Virus record (IMG/VR): IMGVR_UViG_3300035696_000034
Location: 8,487 to 72,486 of that record
From: a virus
Lineage: Duplodnaviria > Caudoviricetes
Length of the DNA: 64,000 nt
Direction: 5' to 3' (one strand)
The notes under the pieces are model-generated. The model was not told where the DNA came from. It did no database searches and saw nothing but the letters and a program-made list of their open reading frames with translations. Shown here piece after piece: positions 53,001-62,376 of the stretch (position 1 is its first letter; the number at the start of each line of letters is the position of its first letter). The translations under genes and the position numbers were made by a program.

Positions 53001-55538
53001 TCCTTCTTCAACCGGTTTTTCAGTTTCATCAGTTTTGCCTGCCATCGACTTCTCTATCTTAACAAGTTCTTCTCTAGCCTTTTTGAGTTCAGTATCATTC
53101 AGGAATCTTCGTCTGGTTTCGTTAGCCAGATAATCTCCTAGTTTACCAGGGATCCTTAGAGATTTCTTTATTCCCTCATCTACTTGTCTTGAAACATCTG
53201 CATCGGGATTGCTAATCATATCCGGAAGACCTTCTTTTTCCAAATATTCCAGATATCTTTCGACAAGTCTATTCGTATCCTGCTTCAAAAATCCAGGGAA
53301 TGCTCTAGGTCCTAAAGGTGTCTCTCTCTTCTTAGGGAAAGCTATATCATACATCAATGTTTTGTTTGAAGGAGCTTCCATTCTTTCTGCAGCTGATTTC
53401 AATATAGATTCCGAGAAGTCTCTTAATTTGGAAGCTGCATCAAACATGAACGTGGCATTTTTCTCTATTTCACCTTTTGGAAGTTCTACAAATAGTCCGG
53501 GCATATACAAGTTGTCAAAAAATTCCTTAACTTTTTCAATTTCTTTATCAAGGTCGTATTTATCCAATTTCTTTACAAGCTCATTTAATATCGCCTTCAT
53601 CTCATCAAGAGAAGGACCCCATCCACCATAAGGATTATCTTTGTTTGACGGCCCCTCTTCTATTATACTTTTCAATTTTAATTCTAGTGTTGCAGCCACA
53701 TCGGAAACTTCGTCTTTCAAACTAGCGATAGCGTCTGCATCGCCCATAAACTTTTCATAAGCTTTTTGATATTTCTCTGTCTTCATGGAGAGTTTAGTTT
53801 GAAATTCAGGTTCTTTTTTAGCCTGTCCAATCTCCCTTGCTTTAGCCTGGGCTGCTGATTCTGACTCAGGAAAATCTTTCCCAAGCTCTTTAATTCTTTT
53901 TTTATCTTCTGGACTTTCTGGAGTAGGAACAGACGGTCTGTTCCAACGAATCCTAAATTCTTCCTCACGCATCAAATCCGTAAAATGATTGTTGAGCTCC
54001 TTGATGTTATCCCCAATCATCTTTACATTTCTACGTGCTTCCACAGTATCTCGCTGATAGGTTGCTAGAGCATCTTTTTTTGACTTTATGTAATCTATGT
54101 ATCTTGTAACTGTGGCTTTTACGCCCTTCAGATTTAACTTACGAAGTTTTAGGAGACGAACAGCAATAGATCGATTATCTGAAATAGCTTTCTTCAATGC
54201 GTCTTGTTTTGTTTTATCCCCTTCTTTTTTAAGGGAATCAATAAGTCTCTTGTCTCTGTCCATAAGATTTTTTATTTCAAGATTTTCAAGACGAGGCTTG
54301 TATATTCCATCTTCAACATTCAAAATGAGAGGCAGATCCGCTGAGGAGATGTCCATACCTTCAAGAGTTTTCTCTATATTTTCTACATATTCCTGCATTT
54401 CTCCCACAGGAGGAATAACAGACTTCAAGGATTTTGCAAGTCTGTCCATCTCTACTTGCCAATTCGTTTTTCTCAGATTATCCTTCAACCTTGTAACTTG
54501 GAGTAATCCTGCACGGACTACTTCAGATACTCTTTGAAATTCTTCAGGTTTTGCATGTTGTTTGAGATAATCTTGTCTTCTGAACTCTTTACGCTCTTCT
54601 TCAGTAAGGGGCTCTTGTCCTTCTTGAAACTCTATACGTGTTTTTGGACGGACTTCAGCCTCAAAATATTTATCAAGTTTAGTTTTATCCAACCACTGTT
54701 CTTCGTATTTATTAAGGCCACCGTGTGCTTTTATTTTTTTATCTCTTATAGTATTGAATAATTTCGTAAGTAAGTCTTTTTTGATAGATGGATCCAATCT
54801 TTTTTTATGTAGCGATTGGGCTATTTCAAAAGCCGTATCCTGGTTTATTTCAGGATGGATCTCGTTGAGACTTTGAAGAGGTCTATCTCTAAACTTAAAG
54901 AATTTCAAATCTGCCTGATCGAGCATATCCTCTTTGACTTTTACAGCATTTTTAAAAGTTTCCCTGAACCTATCTATGAAGTTGCTCTTTTCAGCTATAG
55001 ACATGTTTCCAGCAGCTTCAGAATTGTTAAAGGCTTTTATGGCCTCATAATAACTATCTCTCGTAGCAGAGGGGGATATTTTACCTTGTTCAAAACCGAA
55101 AAGTTTCAACTCTTCCGGAGAAAGAAATCCAGTTTTTTTGGTTGTTTCTGTAACAGGGGCAGCTGGTTGCGTGGCTTTGAGAGATTTTTCGAAAGCTCCC
55201 ATTATATTTTCAGCAGCGCTCGAAGGAGTTGAGAGTAAAGCTGTTTTTGTTTCCTCATTAGTTACATCTTTAGCCATAACTTCTAAAGAATGGTACAGCT
55301 GACGGAGAGTATTATCCGTACCCTTTGCTCTATCTGTATCGACCATAGCTTTAAATTCTGGGTTGGTCTGATACATATCCTTAAGGATTTTTACGGTTTC
55401 TGCAAAAAAACCTGCCAGCGGCAAATTACCTATGGTTCTAATGACCGGTTTAGTAAAACCCAATTGCTCCGGCTTTACTGGCATCATTGTATGAGGCTTA
55501 ACTCTCTCCAACAGTTCTTTATAGGTAGGTTTTGCCAT
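50094..55538 (-). CDS. very large K/E-rich helical protein (1814 aa), probably virion internal
   Basis: uninterrupted ORF, no recognisable catalytic motif. Confidence 0.8.
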   Translation of the reverse strand: MAKPTYKELLERVKPHTMMPVKPEQLGFTKPVIRTIGNLPLAGFFAETVKILKDMYQTNPEFKAMVDTDRAKGTDNTLRQLYHSLEVMAKDVTNEETKTALLSTPSSAAENIMGAFEKSLKATQPAAPVTETTKKTGFLSPEELKLFGFEQGKISPSATRDSYYEAIKAFNNSEAAGNMSIAEKSNFIDRFRETFKNAVKVKEDMLDQADLKFFKFRDRPLQSLNEIHPEINQDTAFEIAQSLHKKRLDPSIKKDLLTKLFNTIRDKKIKAHGGLNKYEEQWLDKTKLDKYFEAEVRPKTRIEFQEGQEPLTEEERKEFRRQDYLKQHAKPEEFQRVSEVVRAGLLQVTRLKDNLRKTNWQVEMDRLAKSLKSVIPPVGEMQEYVENIEKTLEGMDISSADLPLILNVEDGIYKPRLENLEIKNLMDRDKRLIDSLKKEGDKTKQDALKKAISDNRSIAVRLLKLRKLNLKGVKATVTRYIDYIKSKKDALATYQRDTVEARRNVKMIGDNIKELNNHFTDLMREEEFRIRWNRPSVPTPESPEDKKRIKELGKDFPESESAAQAKAREIGQAKKEPEFQTKLSMKTEKYQKAYEKFMGDADAIASLKDEVSDVAATLELKLKSIIEEGPSNKDNPYGGWGPSLDEMKAILNELVKKLDKYDLDKEIEKVKEFFDNLYMPGLFVELPKGEIEKNATFMFDAASKLRDFSESILKSAAERMEAPSNKTLMYDIAFPKKRETPLGPRAFPGFLKQDTNRLVERYLEYLEKEGLPDMISNPDADVSRQVDEGIKKSLRIPGKLGDYLANETRRRFLNDTELKKAREELVKIEKSMAGKTDETEKPVEEGLRDKLQTLRDKHIKQIEGALEFVLDPLEKLEKSVAGEKAKLPGAQKAEEAKISTLKDLITWSENKKNSKGISVMERIVNPDLKRTKESIQEEVAAWAKEPNNNEVIVGLKEGKRQGDISAFLKSYNDKFGTKYTDLPPWAEMRKDLNRFVNNELKGSVAKDKEDDKTFIDKFNEIAGTSFKELPSKKDIEDHWKVIEGTPLDLSKFIKSKEQALKSLKEMPKEVEKEVRKMPSDVTSSRWYKELQKDRSRHKTRWIENLLKGVTEPIDDDEKYKTGVDSLKSNIVSILNEKNEHINRVKKVPVSRIKAQFDEQLAATKAMLENVPKAGPVIDYRSPAEKKINVPKPEALNIRNFKVSVIQPLNAILAAKDSIGIMQEAKEGLITQYNNLKNFYEERARATPAGGDISEKFKMEKEQENVLNKINANISYYYSEIEKSKKVVDDMAARAYENSADFLKSISDLIKRGRTYQESKELAKVLDPKFTDLRSIIEEVKKFQEDYKKVIEHDKEVMLTVQEQTIPTKKRDIEKKAAPVTDPYGEYAQMSPYERALEERPGKEDLIVKDKPELYKKIEKTISYFKKVLKEGPSDSFKYFDEISKDVPSYIKALREEIIPGLKALLKQQVEIPGGTGNIITTLEDAVPTLENLMQEYSSENVKIKNRLEDEAKKYEGTLNKIRGLEEFINPKTGEFIDFTDQEKDMLKRLFLRQLYRSLDDLWAQIPAQIMPSMGPRDSEYYNNVWRAYKDFSGVKSNRRLMNFMNLVKADIRAKDTPGGEFEIKGMFLKSQQLEKRKEELERGVRELGLDPEKNKDIQELNGLIASMKKKERVVDKVFDKMLEGAELSYISKIRASLRDKMKAYAKDKEDQELIEELPTKTKEEKAAKAVSSEVDNMLTTVEKSKFTPSFKEDVDKTVARAESLIASLEKELSKGEWSIESSSYRNHKLFNPRILYGSTMQATIKDLLKWELQI

Positions 55539-57936
55539 TATAAGCTTCCTTGTTCTTCAAGAAATAATAAGTTGATTTTATAAACTCCAGACACGAGGCT
55601 TTCTTGGTAAAATCTCTAACATATGCTTTTTGTAAACGCTCCTCTATGAGTTTTTTAATGACTTCTTCCAAATATCCTTTAGCTTCCGGAACAGATAAAT
55701 CTATCCGCTCTTTTTTAATAGATTTTTCCTTTAGAGCATTTATTTTTTTATTTGTCTCTTCCAATTCCAGATTTAGATCAGGATCTTCTTCTACCTGTTC
55801 TTCTTTTTCTTTTTCCAGGTGCCTCTTATCCTCCTCCAATTCAGTCAACTCATCTTCTATGCGAGGATCTGTTTCTTTATATTCTCTTACTATTTTTGCT
55901 TTAAGGGCTTCATCCATCGTGACTGGGCTTGGATCATCCCCTTCTAATATTCTTTCCAACTTCGTCTGCAAAGTTTTTCCATGAGCGATATCAGCCCATG
56001 TACGGAGTCTGCTGAAGAATGTCTTGAATGCCGGAGAGTTCTCATTTTTAGATATGGCTTTTTTAATAGCCTTATTAAGATCTTCTGTGACAAAGGCGAA
56101 ATTTTGCTCTTTCAAAAATGAACCAACATCTTCAATGCTGTATTTCGAAGTTATTTCATCCCAGCTAGAATCTCTCATAGCTGTAGTAAGAGCGGCTCTA
56201 TTCTTCCCCTCTGATTTTTTAAGGTCTCTAAATAGCAAGGCTTTAATAGCCATCACAAACTCATCAGATTGCAGCCCTTGAGTAAGGATATAATTTTTAA
56301 TTAAAACTCTCCAAGCATTCTCTCCTTGAGGAGTTCTTTCGTCAAAAATGAATTCCAATGTTTTTTCTGCTACTTCTTTTGTATTTATTAGATTAGCAAA
56401 GCCAACTCTGAGTTCACCGGCCTTTATCCTCAACGTCACATCTTTAATGGTTGGAAGTGTTTCAGTCCTAACTATTGCTTCTCTCATAGCCTTACCATCT
56501 TCTGGGGAAATGTTGAATAGATAAGCTTGTATCTTATCCCCCCACATATCTTTTACTTTTTGCAATTTTTCCGCTATCTCTTTATCTTGTTGTTTGTATT
56601 TTTCTATTGTTTTTTCAGGTTTATATGTAGATTTCAGTTCTTCTTTAGTAACCTGTTCTCCACCATACTCCTGAAGTTCTCCAAGATCCTCAGCTGTTGA
56701 TATGGTTTTTGTATCTCTTTTAGGATCCATTTTATCTCTAACTGATATTTTTCCACCCAGTTCAGAAATAAGAGTATCCAAATCTTTAGCATTCCTTATT
56801 GTGGCTTGACCATAATATCTAACCGCTACTTGTACGAGTCTTTGATAAGAGGCTTTGTCCGTAAATCCTAGAATTTTAAATACCTGAGATGTGTTCTCCT
56901 CCCAAGCCTTGTACACTTCAGTAAAACGAATAGCCAAACCCTTATCACTAGAATACTGCACAGTTACCGGATGCTTTTTATTTTCTCTTCCTAAAGGTCC
57001 CATATTAGCTGGCAATTTTTTACGGAAAAGGATATCATCATATATAACTGGTCTGGCTTTCGCCAGTTCAGGTATGAAAAAAAGTATTGAGGTAGTCGGC
57101 AGACTCTCTCTAGTATCCATTGCTATGTCTTTATCTTTTACTTCAATATTGAATTTCTTGAGACCGTCCAAAATTCTGATAGCATATGGATCAGCTTTGC
57201 CTTTATAGATTCCCATAGCCTCAGGAGTCGTAATTTCGTCTTTTCCTTCTCTTTGTGCTCTCTGACGAAGACCCTCTCTATTATCTGCTATATACTTTTT
57301 ATATTTTGCATAGAGCTCATCAGAGACTATAGGAGTAAACCAAGTTTCTCCCGGTTTTGTCTCATATCTTTTTCCGCCTGTATCTTTTCTTGCAGGAGAA
57401 AATGCAAAATTTATCACTTTTTCAAAATTTTCTGGATTCTTCTTGTAATAGTCAAGCATTTTGATTATTTCAGAATCAACAGACTCATCTTCTAGGACTA
57501 TATCCCCAGTGTTTAGTTTATAGCCCTCTCTTTTAGCTTTATCCCCCAGTATCTCTATTATTTTGTGTTGCATAGCATTGAATAGATTGTCCGGCAACTC
57601 CTGAAACATCTCATTTCTAACTTTAAAAGTGTCCCTTTTTCCAGCTTCAAAATATCCTATAGGCATATAAGGTTTAAGGAAATTGATAAAAGCTTCCCGT
57701 ATGGCATTTTTTACTTGTGGTTTTGACCTTGCATCTATCTCCATTGCGGCTTCTTTAGTCTGTTCCTCTGGAGCGGGAGCCGATTCTTGTTTGGGCTTTA
57801 GAGAGATACCGAGGAAATTAGCAAAATTCTGGAAGCGGCGTTGATCACCCTCTGCAGCAGCTTTGAAAATGGAGACAACTGCAAGACGCATACGGCTTGG
57901 GATGTTCATGATAAAAATCTTTCTTAAATGAGACAC
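55519..57936 (-). CDS. large hypothetical protein (~800 aa), probably virion internal
   Basis: uninterrupted ORF; start may be ATG 57909. Confidence 0.8.
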   Translation of the reverse strand: MSHLRKIFIMNIPSRMRLAVVSIFKAAAEGDQRRFQNFANFLGISLKPKQESAPAPEEQTKEAAMEIDARSKPQVKNAIREAFINFLKPYMPIGYFEAGKRDTFKVRNEMFQELPDNLFNAMQHKIIEILGDKAKREGYKLNTGDIVLEDESVDSEIIKMLDYYKKNPENFEKVINFAFSPARKDTGGKRYETKPGETWFTPIVSDELYAKYKKYIADNREGLRQRAQREGKDEITTPEAMGIYKGKADPYAIRILDGLKKFNIEVKDKDIAMDTRESLPTTSILFFIPELAKARPVIYDDILFRKKLPANMGPLGRENKKHPVTVQYSSDKGLAIRFTEVYKAWEENTSQVFKILGFTDKASYQRLVQVAVRYYGQATIRNAKDLDTLISELGGKISVRDKMDPKRDTKTISTAEDLGELQEYGGEQVTKEELKSTYKPEKTIEKYKQQDKEIAEKLQKVKDMWGDKIQAYLFNISPEDGKAMREAIVRTETLPTIKDVTLRIKAGELRVGFANLINTKEVAEKTLEFIFDERTPQGENAWRVLIKNYILTQGLQSDEFVMAIKALLFRDLKKSEGKNRAALTTAMRDSSWDEITSKYSIEDVGSFLKEQNFAFVTEDLNKAIKKAISKNENSPAFKTFFSRLRTWADIAHGKTLQTKLERILEGDDPSPVTMDEALKAKIVREYKETDPRIEDELTELEEDKRHLEKEKEEQVEEDPDLNLELEETNKKINALKEKSIKKERIDLSVPEAKGYLEEVIKKLIEERLQKAYVRDFTKKASCLEFIKSTYYFLKNKEAYNGKTYL

Positions 57937-58072
57937 TTATTCCATTGTAAGAGGCATAGCTACACCAATAGCCTCACTCCAGGTAAGACCCTTCTAGATA
58001 GTTGGGCTGATTAATAGATTATTCCAAAAAGTCTTTAAAGTTGTATTGGCTAGATAGTATATTATTACAACG

Positions 58073-58194
58073 ATCCTCATGAACAGGAACCCTATGTACC
58101 GACCGGGATTAAAAATTGCTGACCAGCTTCAGCAAAACGCATGACCAGTGGTACGCGCACTGGAGATATCCTGGTCGGTTTTTTAACAGAGGAT
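58073..58194 (+). ncRNA. structured leader or small RNA candidate (three-way junction with U tract)
   Basis: ACCGACCGGGAT/ATCCTGGTCGGT, TGCTGA/TCAGCA, CCAGTG/CACTGG, TTTTTT; just downstream of AGATAGTATATTA -10 at 58058. Confidence 0.5.
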
Positions 58195-58223
58195 TAGATT
58201 ACCTATATCATTAGGAGGTCTTC

Positions 58224-58481
58224 GTGGACACTTACATAGAATCAGCCATAAGAGTGCTGAATGAATTCACAAACGAGCGTGACTTATCCGATGAAGATTT
58301 AATTGCAAAGTACAATGAAAATCAATTGAAAGAAGCCATACAAGCTCTTCTGGGATCATCCATCACAGATCTGTTGAAAACAGAAAACGCAATCTCAAAG
58401 CATCGAGTGTCCATTACAGATTTGCAGACGGATCTGCGGTATCTGGTGATTACCATAAAGAGGTGTCAGTTTCGTGTCTGA
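58224..58481 (+). CDS. hypothetical protein
   Basis: AGGAGGT RBS, GTG start. Confidence 0.6.
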   Translation: MDTYIESAIRVLNEFTNERDLSDEDLIAKYNENQLKEAIQALLGSSITDLLKTENAISKHRVSITDLQTDLRYLVITIKRCQFRV

Positions 58482-58641
58482 GGGAGCAGGAAAAGGCGAC
58501 GACCCTAGGCCTATTGTTAAAAAAGTCTGGGATGCAAATTTCGAGAAGATATTCAAAGATAGCCGAAAACCAGAAGACTTTCAGAAAGATCGTCTTCATA
58601 TAAAAGAAATCATTAAATATCCTAAAAAAGAGATTAACTAA
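58474..58641 (+). CDS. small hypothetical protein (55 aa)
   Basis: read by hand: MSEGAGKGDDPRP...WDANFEKIF; TAATG coupling. Confidence 0.5.
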   Translation: MSEGAGKGDDPRPIVKKVWDANFEKIFKDSRKPEDFQKDRLHIKEIIKYPKKEIN

Positions 58642-59111
58642 TGGATGCCCTACAGCTATCGCTTCCTATACCCACAAGCATGGACGAAATGTACATAGAT
58701 CAGGCTATGTTTCAAACGGCAACCGATGAAGGCTTTCGTTGTTTCTCTGCATATACACCATATGGGATAAAGCAGATCGATCATTCTTTTTGTAGAAGGA
58801 TACAGGCCTTCCAAAGAGATCCAAAAGATATAAGAAGAGAAATCCTTTTCGAGTATCTCATTGAAAGAAAGCGTATTCAAAAAGAATTCCCAAAATTCTG
58901 GAGAAAAGACATCAAATTGAGCAGACTTCATACGCTTAGGTGGGACACCTGGAAAAAACTATCCTATATAGGCGAAGATCCCAAAAAATTAAAAGATGAA
59001 ATACTCGACAATACTCACCTTCATGCGTGCATAAAGCAAAATCTTATAGAGAATCTGGACAGGATATTAATAGAGCTCGGTTTGAGCGTAGAATTGAGCC
59101 CCTGCAGATGA
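58641..59111 (+). CDS. hypothetical protein
   Basis: 156 aa. Confidence 0.55.
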   Translation: MDALQLSLPIPTSMDEMYIDQAMFQTATDEGFRCFSAYTPYGIKQIDHSFCRRIQAFQRDPKDIRREILFEYLIERKRIQKEFPKFWRKDIKLSRLHTLRWDTWKKLSYIGEDPKKLKDEILDNTHLHACIKQNLIENLDRILIELGLSVELSPCR

Positions 59112-59809
59112 AGCCCCTTTTTATTTATCTGATACGCCATGGAGAGTCTGAGGGGAATATAGATTCCGTACTCTATGAACACATCCCGGACTGGAAAATA
59201 AATCTTACAGAAAAAGGTAAACAACAAGCTATAGAAGTGGGTAAAAGACTTCTTGCAGATTACCAATCTTCTATATCAAAATTATCTTTAGAGACCTCAA
59301 TGAACTTGTTATTTAGACCTGATTTTATTATCTACAGTTCACCCTGGTACAGAGCACGAGAAACTACAGCCTTAATAGGAAATTCGATTAAGGCAAAAAT
59401 TCGAGAAGATCCTCGCCTTCGGGAACAAGAATGGGGCAATTACGCTGAGGATCATTTAAAAAGAAAAATAAAACTAGAACGAAAAGAGTTTGGAACATTC
59501 TTCTACCGTATGCCCTATGGGGAATCTGGGGCAGATGTTTATGACAGAATAACTACTTTTATAGATACAATGCACAGGGATTTTGAGAAAAAATTATATC
59601 CGGTAGCCACAATCATTGTAAGCCACGGATTAACTATAAAAGCTTTTTTTACAAGATTTTTTCATTGGAGTTTTGAACAGTTTGATGGATATAAAAATCC
59701 TGAAAACTGTGAGATATTTAAAATGGAGTTAGATGATAGCCTAAATAAATATGTTTTGAAAACCCCAATGAAACTAAGAGTTGAATTTAAAAAAGACATT
59801 AGTAAATGA
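59108..59809 (+). CDS. histidine phosphatase (phosphoglycerate mutase family)
   Basis: LIRHGESEGN, SSP..RA.ET, LREQEWG, GESGADV, VSHG. Confidence 0.9.
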   Translation: MKPLFIYLIRHGESEGNIDSVLYEHIPDWKINLTEKGKQQAIEVGKRLLADYQSSISKLSLETSMNLLFRPDFIIYSSPWYRARETTALIGNSIKAKIREDPRLREQEWGNYAEDHLKRKIKLERKEFGTFFYRMPYGESGADVYDRITTFIDTMHRDFEKKLYPVATIIVSHGLTIKAFFTRFFHWSFEQFDGYKNPENCEIFKMELDDSLNKYVLKTPMKLRVEFKKDISK

Positions 59810-60501
59810 TAATTTACTGCGCCGAAAACAGAATTAACGGTAAAAAATATGTCGGCCAAACAGCTAAGTCTTTGTATCAAAGAATAAAAAAGCATGAAAA
59901 ATGTATAAAGCGGAATTCAAAAAGTCCGTTTTATAGAGCTCTATATAAATATGGAAAAGAATCTTTTGATTGGTACGTTTTAAAAAGATGTAGCGATAAA
60001 AAAGATTTAAATGAGAGTGAAATTTATTTCATAAATAATCTAAAAACAACTGTGCCAAACGGATACAACATATCTTTAGGAGGCACAGGCGGGGCTATCA
60101 GGTATGGCCCCCACACATTAAAAACAAAGAAAAAAATAAGCAAATCAGTGTATAAAGCAATGCACGATGTAATCGTAATACAGAGGAAAAAACAGGGGTG
60201 GGATAATTATTTGCTTCTACATCGAGATGAAGTAAAACAGAGGGTGAAGAAACAGTGGAAAAACCGAAAATTTAGATTAAAAGCAAAAGACAGACTTAGG
60301 AAAAGATGGTCTATAAAAAAGAACAAAAAAATTCAAAGCTTGAGGAGTAAGAGATTTTGGAAGAATAAACAAAATAGAATCATACACAGTCTTAAAATGA
60401 AAAGCCTGTGGAAGGATAGAGCTTATATAAAAAAGGCAAAATTAGGAATGCATAAATATTGGAAGTCTTATGAAAAGCAGAAAAACCAAACTGGAGCATA
60501 G
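59806..60501 (+). CDS. GIY-YIG homing endonuclease (Seg-like)
   Basis: IIYCAENRINGKKYVGQT, NGYNISLGG. Confidence 0.88.
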   Translation: MIIYCAENRINGKKYVGQTAKSLYQRIKKHEKCIKRNSKSPFYRALYKYGKESFDWYVLKRCSDKKDLNESEIYFINNLKTTVPNGYNISLGGTGGAIRYGPHTLKTKKKISKSVYKAMHDVIVIQRKKQGWDNYLLLHRDEVKQRVKKQWKNRKFRLKAKDRLRKRWSIKKNKKIQSLRSKRFWKNKQNRIIHSLKMKSLWKDRAYIKKAKLGMHKYWKSYEKQKNQTGA

Positions 60502-60506
60502 GAAAT

Positions 60507-61229
60507 ATGATAGATAACGACGAACTTGAAAAACTGACTAGAAATATCTCCGTCAAGGTAGACTACAATCGAACAGAAGTTTGGAAAAGTCTTCTTGATA
60601 TTAATCCTATGTCCGACGATGATTTTATCCTCAAGAGAGCTATCCTCGGAGCAGCTGGACAGTTTAATTACTGGGAAGAAGATGGAAAAATAGTTTGGCC
60701 AGCCATAAGCTCGGATGACTGGTTTAAAGTCGTCACCGGAAAAAAACCAATAACCGAAATGAATCTATGTTTAAAGCGTACGGAAATTTATGTAACCGTT
60801 TCTGATTTTCTCAAGAATAATCAAATATGTGTCATGGATCCAGTATGGTGGGATTCCCTATCATTTGTGTTCGGGGGAGATCCTTTAAGAAAACGCGAGA
60901 CCTTGCTTTGGATTATGCTGACAGACTTGGGATATGAAAATCTACCGGCCCAAAAAAAGGGCTGCATCGATTATAATATCATGCTGTTTCTAAGGTTCAG
61001 CGGCGTTATTAAAGAGTACGGTGGCAATATCTTTAATTTATACGAAGAAACCAAACTACGGACTGAATGCCTTGAAGTCATAGAGAGGATACTGGATAAA
61101 AGAAAAGATTTAACTATCCAGAAGTTAGACTCTTTCCTATATTTTTCCGGCAAAGAAGTAAGACACATTATGGACATGCATTTTTGGGAGCCATATTTCT
61201 GTTATAGACTTGGCTGCTTCTTCTATTAA
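60507..61229 (+). CDS. queuosine salvage (DUF2419/QNG1-like) N-glycosylase candidate
   Basis: FNYW, FGGDPLRKR, IDY, E..LR, LDS.LY and C-terminal ..FFY pattern recalled from the family. Confidence 0.5.
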   Translation: MIDNDELEKLTRNISVKVDYNRTEVWKSLLDINPMSDDDFILKRAILGAAGQFNYWEEDGKIVWPAISSDDWFKVVTGKKPITEMNLCLKRTEIYVTVSDFLKNNQICVMDPVWWDSLSFVFGGDPLRKRETLLWIMLTDLGYENLPAQKKGCIDYNIMLFLRFSGVIKEYGGNIFNLYEETKLRTECLEVIERILDKRKDLTIQKLDSFLYFSGKEVRHIMDMHFWEPYFCYRLGCFFY

Positions 61230-61243
61230 GGAGAAAATAAATC

Positions 61244-61897
61244 GTGGACGACACAGTTTTAATCCCAGCCTCGATAGATATAGAAACAACAGGCTTGGAT
61301 CCGGACTATCATGAGATAGTCCAAGTGTCCGTGGTCACTTTTGACAAGCATTATAAGCCTTTGGAAGCCTTTACGGAGTACATCAAACCTGATCACCCAG
61401 AGCGCATGACCAGAGAAGCCCTGGAAATCAACAAAATAGACCCCAAAACCATAACAGAGGATAAGTCAAAAGATGCCATAAAAAACAAGCTGATAAGCTG
61501 GATAGAGGACCAAAACTGCGATATTAAGGTCAAACTAGCCCCTTTAGGGCATAATTATAGCGTTTTTGATCTAATTTTCCTGAAAAAATGGCTCCAAGGA
61601 GACTATAACAAAAATTTCGATTATCACATAATAGATACCTATCAAATTGCCAATATATTGCGGGATGCAGGGATCATAGATGTGGAGAGCTGCAGTTTAG
61701 CTAGCCTTTGTTCTTATCTAAAGATAGAAAATCCAGGCAAACATAACGCTTATTACGACGCTCTGTATGCTTTGGAAGTTTACCAAAGATTGATAAAGAA
61801 ATTCAACATGGCCAATCTTATAAAACGCGCTTTAGTCAGGGATATGTCTAAACTATTAACGGAAGGACATAAACTATTATGGAATTGGAAGCTCTAA
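61244..61897 (+). CDS. DEDDh 3'-5' exonuclease (DnaQ-like)
   Basis: DIETTGLD, GHN..FD, HNAYYDA. Confidence 0.88.
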   Translation: MDDTVLIPASIDIETTGLDPDYHEIVQVSVVTFDKHYKPLEAFTEYIKPDHPERMTREALEINKIDPKTITEDKSKDAIKNKLISWIEDQNCDIKVKLAPLGHNYSVFDLIFLKKWLQGDYNKNFDYHIIDTYQIANILRDAGIIDVESCSLASLCSYLKIENPGKHNAYYDALYALEVYQRLIKKFNMANLIKRALVRDMSKLLTEGHKLLWNWKL

Positions 61898-62364
61898 ACG
61901 AAAGAAACAACAAGATAGCGTTTTTGTACACATCCAAGCCGAAGATAAGTACCCTTATTGATTCACTAGCCCTTTATTCGGAAAAGGAAATACTTAATAA
62001 AATAGACATTTCAAAGCTTCCAGACAAGCTTCTAAAGAAAGCAGCACTATCTTTCTGGCTCACTGGAGAAGCTTTTTTTACGATAACAGTATCTTCGGAA
62101 GGAAATAATCCTCCCACACCAATCGCACAGGTCTATGATCCCGATAAAATACGCGTTACACCGGTGGCGGGATCGTCTGATAGGATTTATGAACAAAAAG
62201 ATAAAGACGGTAATTTTGCCGCAATTGAAAACTGTATATGTTTAGCTCGTCTGACGGATCCAAAAGAAATCAGGGGTGTTCCTATCATAAACTCGGACGG
62301 AACAGTAAAACTTTTCAATAAAAACCATTTCATAGAACTATTCCTTGAAAAAGTCAAACTGTGA
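61879..62364 (+). CDS. hypothetical protein (weak portal-fragment resemblance)
   Basis: GEAFF..DPDKIRV..RGVPII. Confidence 0.4.
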   Translation: MELEALNERNNKIAFLYTSKPKISTLIDSLALYSEKEILNKIDISKLPDKLLKKAALSFWLTGEAFFTITVSSEGNNPPTPIAQVYDPDKIRVTPVAGSSDRIYEQKDKDGNFAAIENCICLARLTDPKEIRGVPIINSDGTVKLFNKNHFIELFLEKVKL

Positions 62365-62376
62365 GAGGACAACACC

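Noticed and set aside
61879-62364. Portal protein
   Set aside because: Far too short, only faint resemblance, and not in a structural gene context.
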